The notes beneath the pieces are model-generated. The model was not told the DNA's origin. It saw only the letters and a program-made list of their open reading frames with translations, and did no database searches. From assembly GCA_964348675.1 (NCBI GenBank), contig CAYGDF010000001.1:7199-55462 (forward strand): a stretch of DNA of 48,264 nucleotides, read 5' to 3'. Numbering within the stretch: the first letter of the stretch is position 1; the number at the start of each line of letters is the position of its first letter. Origin of the DNA: an uncultured Candidatus Saccharibacteria bacterium (GTDB lineage: Bacteria > Patescibacteriota > Minisyncoccia > Phycocordibacterales > UBA5272). The position numbers were made by a program, and so were the translations under genes. Positions 1 through 8,880 of the stretch are shown here, piece after piece.

Positions 1-2
1 CC

Positions 3-656
3 ACTATTCCTTCTGGTCAGGATGGTAAGTGGGACTTTTCACTTTTTGATAATGGTGCGCCAGCAGAGACAACTTACTGTTTGAAAATAGTTAAATCAGA
101 TGGTTCTGATATTGACACTTACAGTGTACGACCAGAACTCACCACATCATCTGCCTCCGCCCCTCAAACAATTTCCTTTTCTATTTCCGCTACGTCAATA
201 TATTTTGGAACACTATCATCTGCCTCTACTCGTTACGGTTCAAGCACTAATGTAAATGGAGATTCTCTCCAAGTAGAGGCACACAACTTGGCGGTGGCTA
301 CGAATGCCACAAATGGATACAGTCTCACGGTGCAGGGCGCCACTCTTACGTCAGAGCAAAGTCCAAGCGAGACAATTACTGCGCTTGGAGCGAACACGGC
401 GCCGAGTATAGGTACTGAGCAGTTCGGTATAAGATTAGTCGCAAGTGGGGGAATTGGCACAGTTTCATCTCCTTATGCAGCGAGCGGATTTGCTTATACG
501 GCGACTGATACAACCACAAGTGAAGTGGCTGGAGCCGCAAGTGGGGATAGTGCTACGACAACTTATTCTGTTAGATATATGACAAATATCGGAGCTACAA
601 CCGCTGCTGGAAATTACAGAACAGATTTGGTTTATGTAGTTACGGCGAACTTTTAA
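3..656 (+). CDS. Secreted beta-rich surface subunit, C-terminal part (5' end lies outside the window)
   Basis: The frame is open from nt 3, with no stop before the TTG at 81 that the ORF track uses. The last ~185 aa are paralogous to the C-terminal ~190 aa of 780..1892: SIYFGTL; AHNLAVATNATNGYSLTVQGATLTS vs AHVLTVGTNAPSGYTLTVQGQTLTS; AGNYRTDLVYVVTANF* vs AGTYTASLVYVATANY*. Confidence 0.6.
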   Translation, partial: TIPSGQDGKWDFSLFDNGAPAETTYCLKIVKSDGSDIDTYSVRPELTTSSASAPQTISFSISATSIYFGTLSSASTRYGSSTNVNGDSLQVEAHNLAVATNATNGYSLTVQGATLTSEQSPSETITALGANTAPSIGTEQFGIRLVASGGIGTVSSPYAASGFAYTATDTTTSEVAGAASGDSATTTYSVRYMTNIGATTAAGNYRTDLVYVVTANF

Positions 657-779
657 TTTCCAACACATTTTTTATTTCTTGTAAAAAGTTATCCCCATAT
701 TTGTCTTACAAAACAAGGGTATCTCGCTTATACTTTACATAAGACTATTTAGAGATAGTTTTAGTAGCAAATTAAAAAA

Positions 780-1892
780 ATGAAATATATAAAAACGGCT
801 TCTATGAAAGCAACGGCGGGCATTTTAGTGTCAGGCCTGATAATGGTTGGAGTAGTCGGCATATTTACAACGGGCGTTAGAACAGCAAATGCTGCTTCTT
901 TAACCAGCGTATCGGACACTCAATCGTCTGTGAAAGCGGCCGCCCTTACAAACCATGATTTTAGTTTCGTAACCCCAACTGGTCTTACATCAGGACAAAC
1001 TATCGTTATCGCATTTTCATCGTCCACCGTGATGAACGCATCACTGGACTATACGGATGTTGATATTTTGGATGATGGCGTCAACGTAACACTTGCCGCA
1101 TCTCCATCTGGTGCCACATGGGGAGTTGTTCGTACAAACGCTTCTACACTTACTATTACCAACGGTACAACAGCGGTGGTTGCAGGTAGTGTTGTCCGTA
1201 TAAAGATTGGTACAAATGCTAGCAACCAAACCGTTGGTGTTCGTCAGACGACTAACGATTCAGCCGGAACTCAAATCTACTATATAAGTGGAGGAACGTT
1301 TGCCGACTCAGGTTCAGTCTCTGTAAACTTGATTACGAACGATACAGTTGCTCTTACAGCAACAGTCCAACAGTCAATTTCATTTGCTATCGCCTCTGCT
1401 ACATCAACCGCTTTCTCTAACTCTATTTACTTCGGTACTCTTGCTGCCGGTACTCCTAAGTTTGCTTCGAGTACAAACACTTCAGGAGACACTACTAACG
1501 CATCAGCCGCCCACGTTCTAACAGTAGGAACAAACGCACCTTCAGGATATACACTAACCGTTCAAGGTCAGACCCTTACTTCATCACAGAACGCTGCAAA
1601 CACAATTGATTATGCTGGTGCAGCATCAACTGCGATTGCATCATCTACCGAAATGTTCGGTATTACTGCCACTAAATCAGGAGGTGTTAACGGAACTATA
1701 GACGCAACGTTTGCAACAGCAAACCAGTTCGGATACGACGCCACCGCAACCACATCTGTAACATTTGCTTCTGGTTCAACTCCAACAGCAACTGAAACTT
1801 ATTCTCTAAAATACATTGGAAGTATTTCTGCCCTAACGGAAGCAGGTACTTATACGGCCAGTTTGGTTTACGTAGCCACAGCCAACTATTAG
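780..1892 (+). CDS. Secreted or anchored beta-rich surface subunit (WxL/SCPU-like architecture, recall-level), paralog of 3..656
   Basis: ATG start. N-terminal hydrophobic signal/anchor (GILVSGLIMVGVVGIF...ANA). Thr/Ser/Ala-rich beta-type sequence. The C-terminal domain is shared with the upstream gene and ends in a hydrophobic beta-strand plus an aromatic residue. Confidence 0.6.
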   Translation: MKYIKTASMKATAGILVSGLIMVGVVGIFTTGVRTANAASLTSVSDTQSSVKAAALTNHDFSFVTPTGLTSGQTIVIAFSSSTVMNASLDYTDVDILDDGVNVTLAASPSGATWGVVRTNASTLTITNGTTAVVAGSVVRIKIGTNASNQTVGVRQTTNDSAGTQIYYISGGTFADSGSVSVNLITNDTVALTATVQQSISFAIASATSTAFSNSIYFGTLAAGTPKFASSTNTSGDTTNASAAHVLTVGTNAPSGYTLTVQGQTLTSSQNAANTIDYAGAASTAIASSTEMFGITATKSGGVNGTIDATFATANQFGYDATATTSVTFASGSTPTATETYSLKYIGSISALTEAGTYTASLVYVATANY

Positions 1893-1967
1893 TACCGTTA
1901 ACAAAGGTAAAAAATAATGGTACTCTTAGCATAAGAATATAGAGATTTAAATCTTATAGCCTTCATC

Positions 1968-2948
1968 ATGTCATCGATAAACTTAACTAAAAAAATCTTC
2001 CAAACACTCGTTTTGGCAACTATTTTTGGTGGTATGATGACAGCGCAAGCATTAACCATTTCTCCTGCCAGAATAGAATTGTCCGGTGACCCAGGTACTA
2101 CTATTTCTGATAAGTTTCTTCTGATAAACGAACAGGAGAATGACCAAACTTTCTATACATCAGTAGAGAACTTTCAAGCAAAAGGAGACTCTGGGGCGCC
2201 AAGTTTTTCTGAATTAAAAGAAGGATTTTCATCTTGGGTTACAGTAACAAATCAAATAACTCTTAAAAAGGGCGAACGTGTTGAAATTCCTTTCTCTGTT
2301 CATATTCCAAAGGACGCAGATGCTGGAGGCCATTTTGCGGCTATTTTTATGTCTACCGTACCACCTTCCACAAAAGCTGGAGAACTAGCGGTTGGTGCCA
2401 AAGTCGGAATGCTGATGCTTTTAAGAGTTTCTGGAGATATCAAAGAAGGGGGTGGCGTGTTATCGCTTTCGCTTAAAGAAGGTGGGTTTTTCACAACATC
2501 GCTTCCAATAAACTTCGTGTATCGTTTCAGTAATTCAGGTAATGATAGAGCGAACCCAACTGGAACTCTAAGTGTGCGAAATATGGTTGGATATAAAACA
2601 GAAGATTTAAATGCTAACCCGTCATCTGGTAACGTGCTCCCAAATAGCACTAGACGCTTTGATGTGAAATGGGGAGATGAAGATCCTCTCCCGGCATCAG
2701 CTTCATTTTTAAACCATGTTATATATGAGGCTAGAAATTTTGCATTCGGTCCTTATTTCGTTAATTTACATGTTGCGTTCGGCACTTCCGGTGTTTCTGA
2801 TAAGTTTTTGTTTATCTTTGTATTTCCTTGGCATCTTTTAATAGTAGTTGCTATTATCGGATTTATATTATTTACAATCCTAAGATTGGCGGTTAGAAAA
2901 TATAACAGATTTATTATTGAGCAAGCCAGAAAAGCTTATACAGAATAA
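1968..2948 (+). CDS. Chaperone-like (DUF916/PapD-like, recall-level) surface protein with a C-terminal TM anchor
   Basis: Signal peptide (LVLATIFGGMMTAQA). LTISPARIELSGDPGTTISDKFLLINEQ resembles the start of pilus-chaperone/DUF916 beta-sandwich domains. C-terminal TM helix LLIVVAIIGFILFTILRLAV followed by a basic tail. Confidence 0.5.
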   Translation: MSSINLTKKIFQTLVLATIFGGMMTAQALTISPARIELSGDPGTTISDKFLLINEQENDQTFYTSVENFQAKGDSGAPSFSELKEGFSSWVTVTNQITLKKGERVEIPFSVHIPKDADAGGHFAAIFMSTVPPSTKAGELAVGAKVGMLMLLRVSGDIKEGGGVLSLSLKEGGFFTTSLPINFVYRFSNSGNDRANPTGTLSVRNMVGYKTEDLNANPSSGNVLPNSTRRFDVKWGDEDPLPASASFLNHVIYEARNFAFGPYFVNLHVAFGTSGVSDKFLFIFVFPWHLLIVVAIIGFILFTILRLAVRKYNRFIIEQARKAYTE

Positions 2949-2955
2949 ATTCCGT

Positions 2956-3897
2956 ATGATTAGATTTCGTACGTCGATTATTATAACTCTAAGTATATTT
3001 TCTGTTTTTACTTTTTGTATTGTTAAAGCTGATTTAGTTGCTACCACCACCGTAACAATTACTGCAGTAGTAATTGACCCCAACGCACCACCTGAAACAC
3101 CCCCCACCTCTGGTGGCGGGGGAGGTGGTAGCGGAGGTGGAGTAACACTCGGCACACAGTCAGATGTGGCCGTATTCAAAGGGAATGCCTATCCTGGTAG
3201 TATTGTTACATTGCTTAAAAATGGAGTTATCATGACGGAATTACCAGCAAGTCCAGATGGAACTTTTGAAATACACATTAAAAATTTAAACCCAGGCACT
3301 TACAGTTTTGGAATTCGCGCTGAAGATGCAGATCATTTAAAATCCACATTAGATTTATATACTATTTATGTTTCCTCAGGAGTTACTACGGTCGTTGATG
3401 GAATTTTTATTCCGCCAACTATCACAACGGATAAATTAACGGTTAAACAGGGGGATATTATTACGTTGATGGGTAAATCTGTTCCAGATGCTGATTTAAC
3501 TATTTCAATTCACTCTTTAAAAGAGATTGTTAAGAAAACAACTTCAACTAATAATGGGTCGTGGGTGTATAAACTAGACTCCAGCGAACTGGAAATGGGT
3601 CCACATGAGGGGAAGGTTCGAGCTATAACGGACACTGATTTATCTCTTTATTCAGATGCTTTAGCCTTTAATGTCGGCACACAAAATATTGCTAGACCAA
3701 AAATTGCTGGTACACCAAGTTTGGGAAACAGAACGAAATGTGATTTGAACAGTGATTTAAGAGTTAACCTTCTTGATTTTTCTATAATGGCTTTTTGGTA
3801 TAAAAGAAGTGGTTTTCCTGCAAAAATAGATTTAAATAATGACGGTAAAATAAACCTAACAGATCTTAGTATATTGGCTTATTGCTGGACTGGATAA
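2956..3897 (+). CDS. Dockerin-containing Ig-repeat surface protein
   Basis: I prefer the ATG at 2956; the ORF-track start at 2917 is TTG and lies inside the previous gene. N-terminal TM/signal, a Gly-rich linker (SGGGGGGSGGG) and Ig-like beta repeats. The C-terminus carries a duplicated Ca-binding dockerin motif: CDLNSDLRVNLLDFSIMAF and IDLNNDGKINLTDLSILAY. Confidence 0.7.
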   Translation: MIRFRTSIIITLSIFSVFTFCIVKADLVATTTVTITAVVIDPNAPPETPPTSGGGGGGSGGGVTLGTQSDVAVFKGNAYPGSIVTLLKNGVIMTELPASPDGTFEIHIKNLNPGTYSFGIRAEDADHLKSTLDLYTIYVSSGVTTVVDGIFIPPTITTDKLTVKQGDIITLMGKSVPDADLTISIHSLKEIVKKTTSTNNGSWVYKLDSSELEMGPHEGKVRAITDTDLSLYSDALAFNVGTQNIARPKIAGTPSLGNRTKCDLNSDLRVNLLDFSIMAFWYKRSGFPAKIDLNNDGKINLTDLSILAYCWTG

Positions 3898-3899
3898 AT

Positions 3900-4838
3900 A
3901 TGAACTCTTTTACTTTAAAAATATTTTTATCAGTTTTTTTAATAACCTCGATTCAAGCTAACGCGGCCACTTTAGTATTAGATGCCCCGAGCACAGCACC
4001 ATCTAATCGAAAACCTGTAACGATTAGAGTATATATAGACCCAGAAGGTGTGTCTCTTTCTGCTATTTCTGGAACGCTATCTTTTCCAAGTGAATTATTT
4101 GATGTCGAAGGAATTACAACTCAAAGTAGTATTGTATCTATTTGGACTACTCGTCCACAAGTTTCAAGCGAAAGATATTTCGATTCTAGAACAAGGATAA
4201 ACTTCGAAGGAATAATGCCCGGAGGTTTTGTTGGTGTGCGCAGTCCTTATTACGGTGGTGTAAAACCCGGGGTTGTTTTTACAGTAACACTTTTACCAAA
4301 AACAAACGGCGTCGGTAGTTTGTTATTGGACAATATAGAACTACATGCATACGACAGTGAGGGTACGAAGTTGCCAACTGAGAGTTTCAGCACTAACATA
4401 ACTGTTCCTGAACTTACTTCTGTGATGAAAAAAACTGAAATTATTCCACATAAAATAATTAGTAGTACGTTAAAAGCAAATCTTGCGAGAGATCCTCTTA
4501 TAGCAAATAATTCTTGGTATCTAACAGTTCTTGAAGATGAATCTGTGAGACCGATTAATCATATCGAAGTTACGGAGAATGGTGAGTACAATGGAGATAA
4601 GGTTCCTTCCTATCAATGGAAGGTTACAACAAACCCATACGTGTTACTTTATCAGTCACGAGTTAAATATGTGCATGTGAAAGTCTTTTACGAAAATAAT
4701 ACTTACGCAACACAAACCATTCCTCCTGTTGAAAACTCTTCGGCGTTCCAGTATATATCAATTATACTTATAGGTGTAGTTGTTATACTCCTCGTTCTCT
4801 ACCTTCATGGTAAAAACTTTAAAATCTTTTCTTTCTAA
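3900..4838 (+). CDS. Cohesin-like domain protein with a C-terminal TM anchor
   Basis: ATG at 3900, 3 nt after the upstream stop. Signal peptide (FLITSIQANA). Cohesin-like pattern PVTIRVYIDPEGVSLSAISGTLSFPSELFDVEGITTQSSIVSIW...VVFTVTLLPKTNGVGSLLL. C-terminal TM ISIILIGVVVILLVLYL. Confidence 0.55.
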   Translation: MNSFTLKIFLSVFLITSIQANAATLVLDAPSTAPSNRKPVTIRVYIDPEGVSLSAISGTLSFPSELFDVEGITTQSSIVSIWTTRPQVSSERYFDSRTRINFEGIMPGGFVGVRSPYYGGVKPGVVFTVTLLPKTNGVGSLLLDNIELHAYDSEGTKLPTESFSTNITVPELTSVMKKTEIIPHKIISSTLKANLARDPLIANNSWYLTVLEDESVRPINHIEVTENGEYNGDKVPSYQWKVTTNPYVLLYQSRVKYVHVKVFYENNTYATQTIPPVENSSAFQYISIILIGVVVILLVLYLHGKNFKIFSF

Positions 4839-6555
4839 ATTTCTTTCTAAAAATTTTACAATCGTTCATTCGTTAGTTTTGTTTATTATATTTTTGTCGA
4901 GTTTCGGATTCGCAAATGCCACAAATATAACTCTTTCTCCAAACTCCGCAGATTATACAATTGGTAAAACTTATACCGTAGAAGTAAAAGTAAGTAATAA
5001 CCAAGACGATATCAACGGAGTATCTGGGTCTCTTTCTTTTCCGTCTAATTTATTACAAGTTACATCAATTTCTAAAACAGGTTCAATAATAAACACTTGG
5101 GCCGAAGAGCCTATTTTTTCAAATACGGAAGGAGCTGTTTCTTTTGAAGGAGTTATTTTGAATCCAGGATTTAGTGCCCAGTCGGGTAAGATAATCACTA
5201 TATTTTTTAAAGCAAAGGCTTCGGGTGTCGCCAATATATCCTTTAAATCTGGGTCAGTGCTTGCCAATGATGGGAATGCGACAAATGTGCTTGGAACACT
5301 TGGCTCTGCCTCTTTTAGCATATCCCAACCACTCCTAACTGAGACAACTAGTAGTCTTAAAATAACTACAACTTTATCAGAAGCACCAATAATAACTTCT
5401 TCGACTTACCCAAACCAAAACAAATGGTATTCATCTAGAAAAGCATCCTTTGCCTGGGAAGTTCCTTTGGATGTTGTATCTGTAAGCACACTATATGACG
5501 AAAAAGAAAATTCTGTCCCAACTAAATTTTACACTCCACCTATTAATAACAAATCATTTACTTTAGACAGTGACGGAACCATGTACATGCATGTGCAGTT
5601 TAAAACTAAGAGCGGTCTCGGTAAAATTGCCAATTATAAATTCCAAGTAGATACGATTCCTCCACAAAAGTTAGAAGCGAATCTTCCTGATGGAGTTCTT
5701 ACGTATAACCCAACTCCAGAGGTCGCTGTTAGCGCCATAGACGACCTCTCTGGGTTGGATTACATAACCATGAGCGTGGACTCTAAAGAGCCTGTAGTGT
5801 ATTCGATTAATTCTTCAGGTTTATATACTTTGCCTGAACAGTCTTCTGGTAAACACACTGTTTTAATAACCGTTTATGATAGAGCCGGAAATAAAAATGA
5901 AGTATCTGTTGACTACGCAGTACAAGTTATAGATCCTCCTATGATAACTTCTTATAATAAGCGTATCGAATTAGGGTCTCCACTTTCTGTTGGTGGTAAT
6001 ACTTATCCAAATAGAGAGGTCGAAGTTACGTTAACCGACAAGGATGACAATATAATATCGGAAAAGGTCACTTCTGATGAAAATGGAGTCTTTGTTTTAA
6101 AGTGGTCAGGTGAATTACCTATTGGGGTTTATGAATTAAGAGCAAGGGTTACTGATGCTAACGGTATAAAGAGTAAGTTCTCTGACGCGCGTGCAGTGAG
6201 TGTTGTAAACTCGCTTTTACTAAGGGTTAGTATGTTTATAATGAATTGGATATCAATTATATTAATTGTAATAGTTTCTACTGCTATTCTGGCGGCGATT
6301 GCTTGGTATTCGTATTTCCACTTTGGGCGTTTTACTAGAAATGTAAAAAGAAATACAGAAGAGGCAGAAAATACACTGAGAGTAAATATATCTGCTTTTA
6401 GGCGAGATTTAAATGATTTTTATAATCTTCTTCAAGAAACGGAGAAAAAACGTCCACTTACAAGTGAAGAGCAAAGTATTAAGATGATGATAAAAAAACG
6501 CATAGATACGGCAGAAAACGAAATTGCTAGAAAATTAGAGCCAAAAGAGTATTAA
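4807..6555 (+). CDS. Cohesin-like domain protein with Ig-like repeats, a C-terminal TM anchor and a cytoplasmic coiled-coil tail
   Basis: ATG at 4807 overlaps the upstream gene end by 32 nt. Signal (FIIFLSSFGFANA). Cohesin-like segment TYTVEVKVSNNQDDINGVSGSLSFPSNLLQVTSISKTGSII...GKIITIFFKAKASGVANISF. TM WISIILIVIVSTAILAAIAWYSYF, then a charged tail. Confidence 0.65.
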   Translation: MVKTLKSFLSKFLSKNFTIVHSLVLFIIFLSSFGFANATNITLSPNSADYTIGKTYTVEVKVSNNQDDINGVSGSLSFPSNLLQVTSISKTGSIINTWAEEPIFSNTEGAVSFEGVILNPGFSAQSGKIITIFFKAKASGVANISFKSGSVLANDGNATNVLGTLGSASFSISQPLLTETTSSLKITTTLSEAPIITSSTYPNQNKWYSSRKASFAWEVPLDVVSVSTLYDEKENSVPTKFYTPPINNKSFTLDSDGTMYMHVQFKTKSGLGKIANYKFQVDTIPPQKLEANLPDGVLTYNPTPEVAVSAIDDLSGLDYITMSVDSKEPVVYSINSSGLYTLPEQSSGKHTVLITVYDRAGNKNEVSVDYAVQVIDPPMITSYNKRIELGSPLSVGGNTYPNREVEVTLTDKDDNIISEKVTSDENGVFVLKWSGELPIGVYELRARVTDANGIKSKFSDARAVSVVNSLLLRVSMFIMNWISIILIVIVSTAILAAIAWYSYFHFGRFTRNVKRNTEEAENTLRVNISAFRRDLNDFYNLLQETEKKRPLTSEEQSIKMMIKKRIDTAENEIARKLEPKEY

Positions 6556-6599
6556 AAAATTGTTTATAAGCAAAAATTTGCTGATATACTGGAAATAAT

Positions 6600-8261
6600 A
6601 TGAACCAACCAGATTATGAGAGTGTTTTGGCGACAATTTCTTTATTAATAAAAGGGGATGTGTCTATCTCAGATATTGATAGAGAAAAAATGGCAAGAGA
6701 CACCAGTTTATTTTATGTTAAACCTGAAATGGTTATCTATCCAAAAGATAAAGAGGACATAAAAAAGATAATCAATTTTGTGGCAGACGCAAAACAAAAA
6801 GGCGTGAATATTTCTATCGCCATGCGCGCCGCTGGAACTTGTATGACAGGAGGACCACTTTCACAGTCTATTGTGATTGACACCACGAGATATATGAATC
6901 ACGTAACAAATGTTACAGAGGAATCAGCGACAGCAGAGCCTGGGGTGTTTTATCGTGATTTTGAGAAAGAAACTCTTAAACAGGGATGGCTCATGCCAAG
7001 TTATCCAGCCTCTAGAGAACTTGCTGCTATTGGTGGAATTGTTTCGAATAATTCTGGCGGTGAAAAGACTCTTGTTTATGGAAAAACTGAAAAGTATGTT
7101 AAGTCTGTCGATGTTGTTTATGCAAATGGAGAAACCGATACGCTTGTACCACTTCGTGAGGAAAAATTAATGGCCAAGATGGAAGAACAGTCTGAAAGCG
7201 GACGTATACATCATGAAATGTATAATCTGATAAACGATAATTACGAGGTTATAATGAAATCTAAACCTTCCGTTTCTAAAAACTCATCAGGATACTATCT
7301 GTGGAATGTTTATGATAAAGAGACTGGTCTGTTTGATTTAAATAAATTAATTGTCGGAAGCCAGGGGACACTTGCTTGCGTGACATCTGCCACTTTAACT
7401 GGGGTAAAGCCAAAAATGCATACTAGAATGATGGTTATGTTTGTTCCTTCAACGATACATTTAGGCGAAATTATTCCAGAAATTTTGAAATTCAATCCAG
7501 AAACACTCGAGTCCTATGATGATCAAACATTTAAAGTTGCTATTAAATTCTTCGGCGATATTGTGCTACGTATGGGCGGAAATATGATTACCCTCGGACT
7601 TAAGTTCTTGCCAGAATTTTGGATGGCCATAACCGGTGGTGTACCAAAAATTATCCTAATGACCGAATTTGCCGAAGATACTGAAGAAGAAGCAACTGCG
7701 AAAGTCAATGCTTGCTTTATGGCTATGGAAAAGTTTAATTGCCCTATTAGGAAAATAAAAAATGAACAAGAAGCAAAGAAATACTGGACGTTCCGACGCG
7801 AAGCCTTTAATCTTTTACGTAGCCACATGAAGGGAACTCGTACAGCGCCAACGATTGATGATCTTGTTGTTCATCCGAATGACCTTCCTCAATTTTTGCC
7901 AAAACTTGATGTGATTTTAAAAAAATACCCAGATCTTATTTATACTATGCAGGGGCATATGGGTAATGCTAACTTCCATATAATTCCGCTCGTCGATATT
8001 CACAAGGAAGGAATTGCCCAAACTCTTCATAAGTTAATGGAAGAGGTTTATGCTCTGGTATTTGAGTTTAAGGGCTCTATGTCAGGGGAACACAATGACG
8101 GATTACTTAGAACTCCATATTTACCGCAAATGTACTCATCAGAAATTATTTCTTTATTTGAAAAGACCAAGGATATTTTCGACCCAAAGAATATATTAAA
8201 TCCAAGTAAAAAAGTGCACGGAGATATGGATTTTGCTTGGAAACATATAGATAATAAATGA
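6600..8261 (+). CDS. FAD-binding (PCMH-type) oxidoreductase, GlcD/D-lactate dehydrogenase-like
   Basis: 553 aa. The N-terminal FAD_binding_4-like region contains RAAGTCMTGG and GGIVSNNSGG. The C-terminal FAD-linked oxidase-like region contains GSMSGEHNDG. Confidence 0.7.
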   Translation: MNQPDYESVLATISLLIKGDVSISDIDREKMARDTSLFYVKPEMVIYPKDKEDIKKIINFVADAKQKGVNISIAMRAAGTCMTGGPLSQSIVIDTTRYMNHVTNVTEESATAEPGVFYRDFEKETLKQGWLMPSYPASRELAAIGGIVSNNSGGEKTLVYGKTEKYVKSVDVVYANGETDTLVPLREEKLMAKMEEQSESGRIHHEMYNLINDNYEVIMKSKPSVSKNSSGYYLWNVYDKETGLFDLNKLIVGSQGTLACVTSATLTGVKPKMHTRMMVMFVPSTIHLGEIIPEILKFNPETLESYDDQTFKVAIKFFGDIVLRMGGNMITLGLKFLPEFWMAITGGVPKIILMTEFAEDTEEEATAKVNACFMAMEKFNCPIRKIKNEQEAKKYWTFRREAFNLLRSHMKGTRTAPTIDDLVVHPNDLPQFLPKLDVILKKYPDLIYTMQGHMGNANFHIIPLVDIHKEGIAQTLHKLMEEVYALVFEFKGSMSGEHNDGLLRTPYLPQMYSSEIISLFEKTKDIFDPKNILNPSKKVHGDMDFAWKHIDNK

Positions 8262-8275
8262 TATAATATAAAAAT

Positions 8276-8710
8276 ATGAACCCATTCAACATTATTTATT
8301 CCTTTTTTGATAAATTAGAAGACCGTATACGTGGAACTTTGTCGCGCCATGCATTTATTTATACTTTTATCGGAGGAACCGGTTTGGTTTTATTTTGGCG
8401 AGGTGTTTGGCACGTTGCTGACGCGCTTGAAAATCTAGATGGTTTTTCTAGAGTTTTGTTTTCTCCGATGGGATCAGTCATTTTCGGATCTGTAATTTTA
8501 CTTGCTACAGGGCTCTTTGTTTCAGTTTTTGTTGGAGATTCAATAATTATGTCTGGAATCAAGAAGGACAAGAAAATAATTGATAAAACAATCGACGAGG
8601 TTGAGTCCGAAAGAACAGAAGTCGAACAAACTCTCGCACTTCTTCTTGATGTAAAAAGTGAAGTTGAGAGATTGGAAGGAAAGGTAAGAGATCATAACAG
8701 AAATAATTAG
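8276..8710 (+). CDS. Small membrane protein with a C-terminal coiled coil
   Basis: Two predicted TM helices (FIYTFIGGTGLVLFW, VIFGSVILLATGLFVSVFV) and a charged helical tail. A strong terminator follows. Confidence 0.6.
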   Translation: MNPFNIIYSFFDKLEDRIRGTLSRHAFIYTFIGGTGLVLFWRGVWHVADALENLDGFSRVLFSPMGSVIFGSVILLATGLFVSVFVGDSIIMSGIKKDKKIIDKTIDEVESERTEVEQTLALLLDVKSEVERLEGKVRDHNRNN

Positions 8711-8721
8711 TTAAAGCATTA

Positions 8722-8756
8722 AACAAAAAAACACCCAATTGGGTGTTTTTTTGTTT
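8722..8756 (+). terminator. Rho-independent terminator
   Basis: aaaaaaacaccc-aatt-gggtgttttttt: a GC-containing stem followed by a T-run, directly after 8276..8710. Confidence 0.8.
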
Positions 8757-8880
8757 TAAACACGAAAGTTGTAAGAAAGTTGTTATTTGCTTCGTCAGTA
8801 GTCGTAGGTTCTCCAGTTCGGATGGAAGTTACTTTTTTAGTTTTGGTTAGGTGTCTTTATTATAAATTTATTTATATAAA

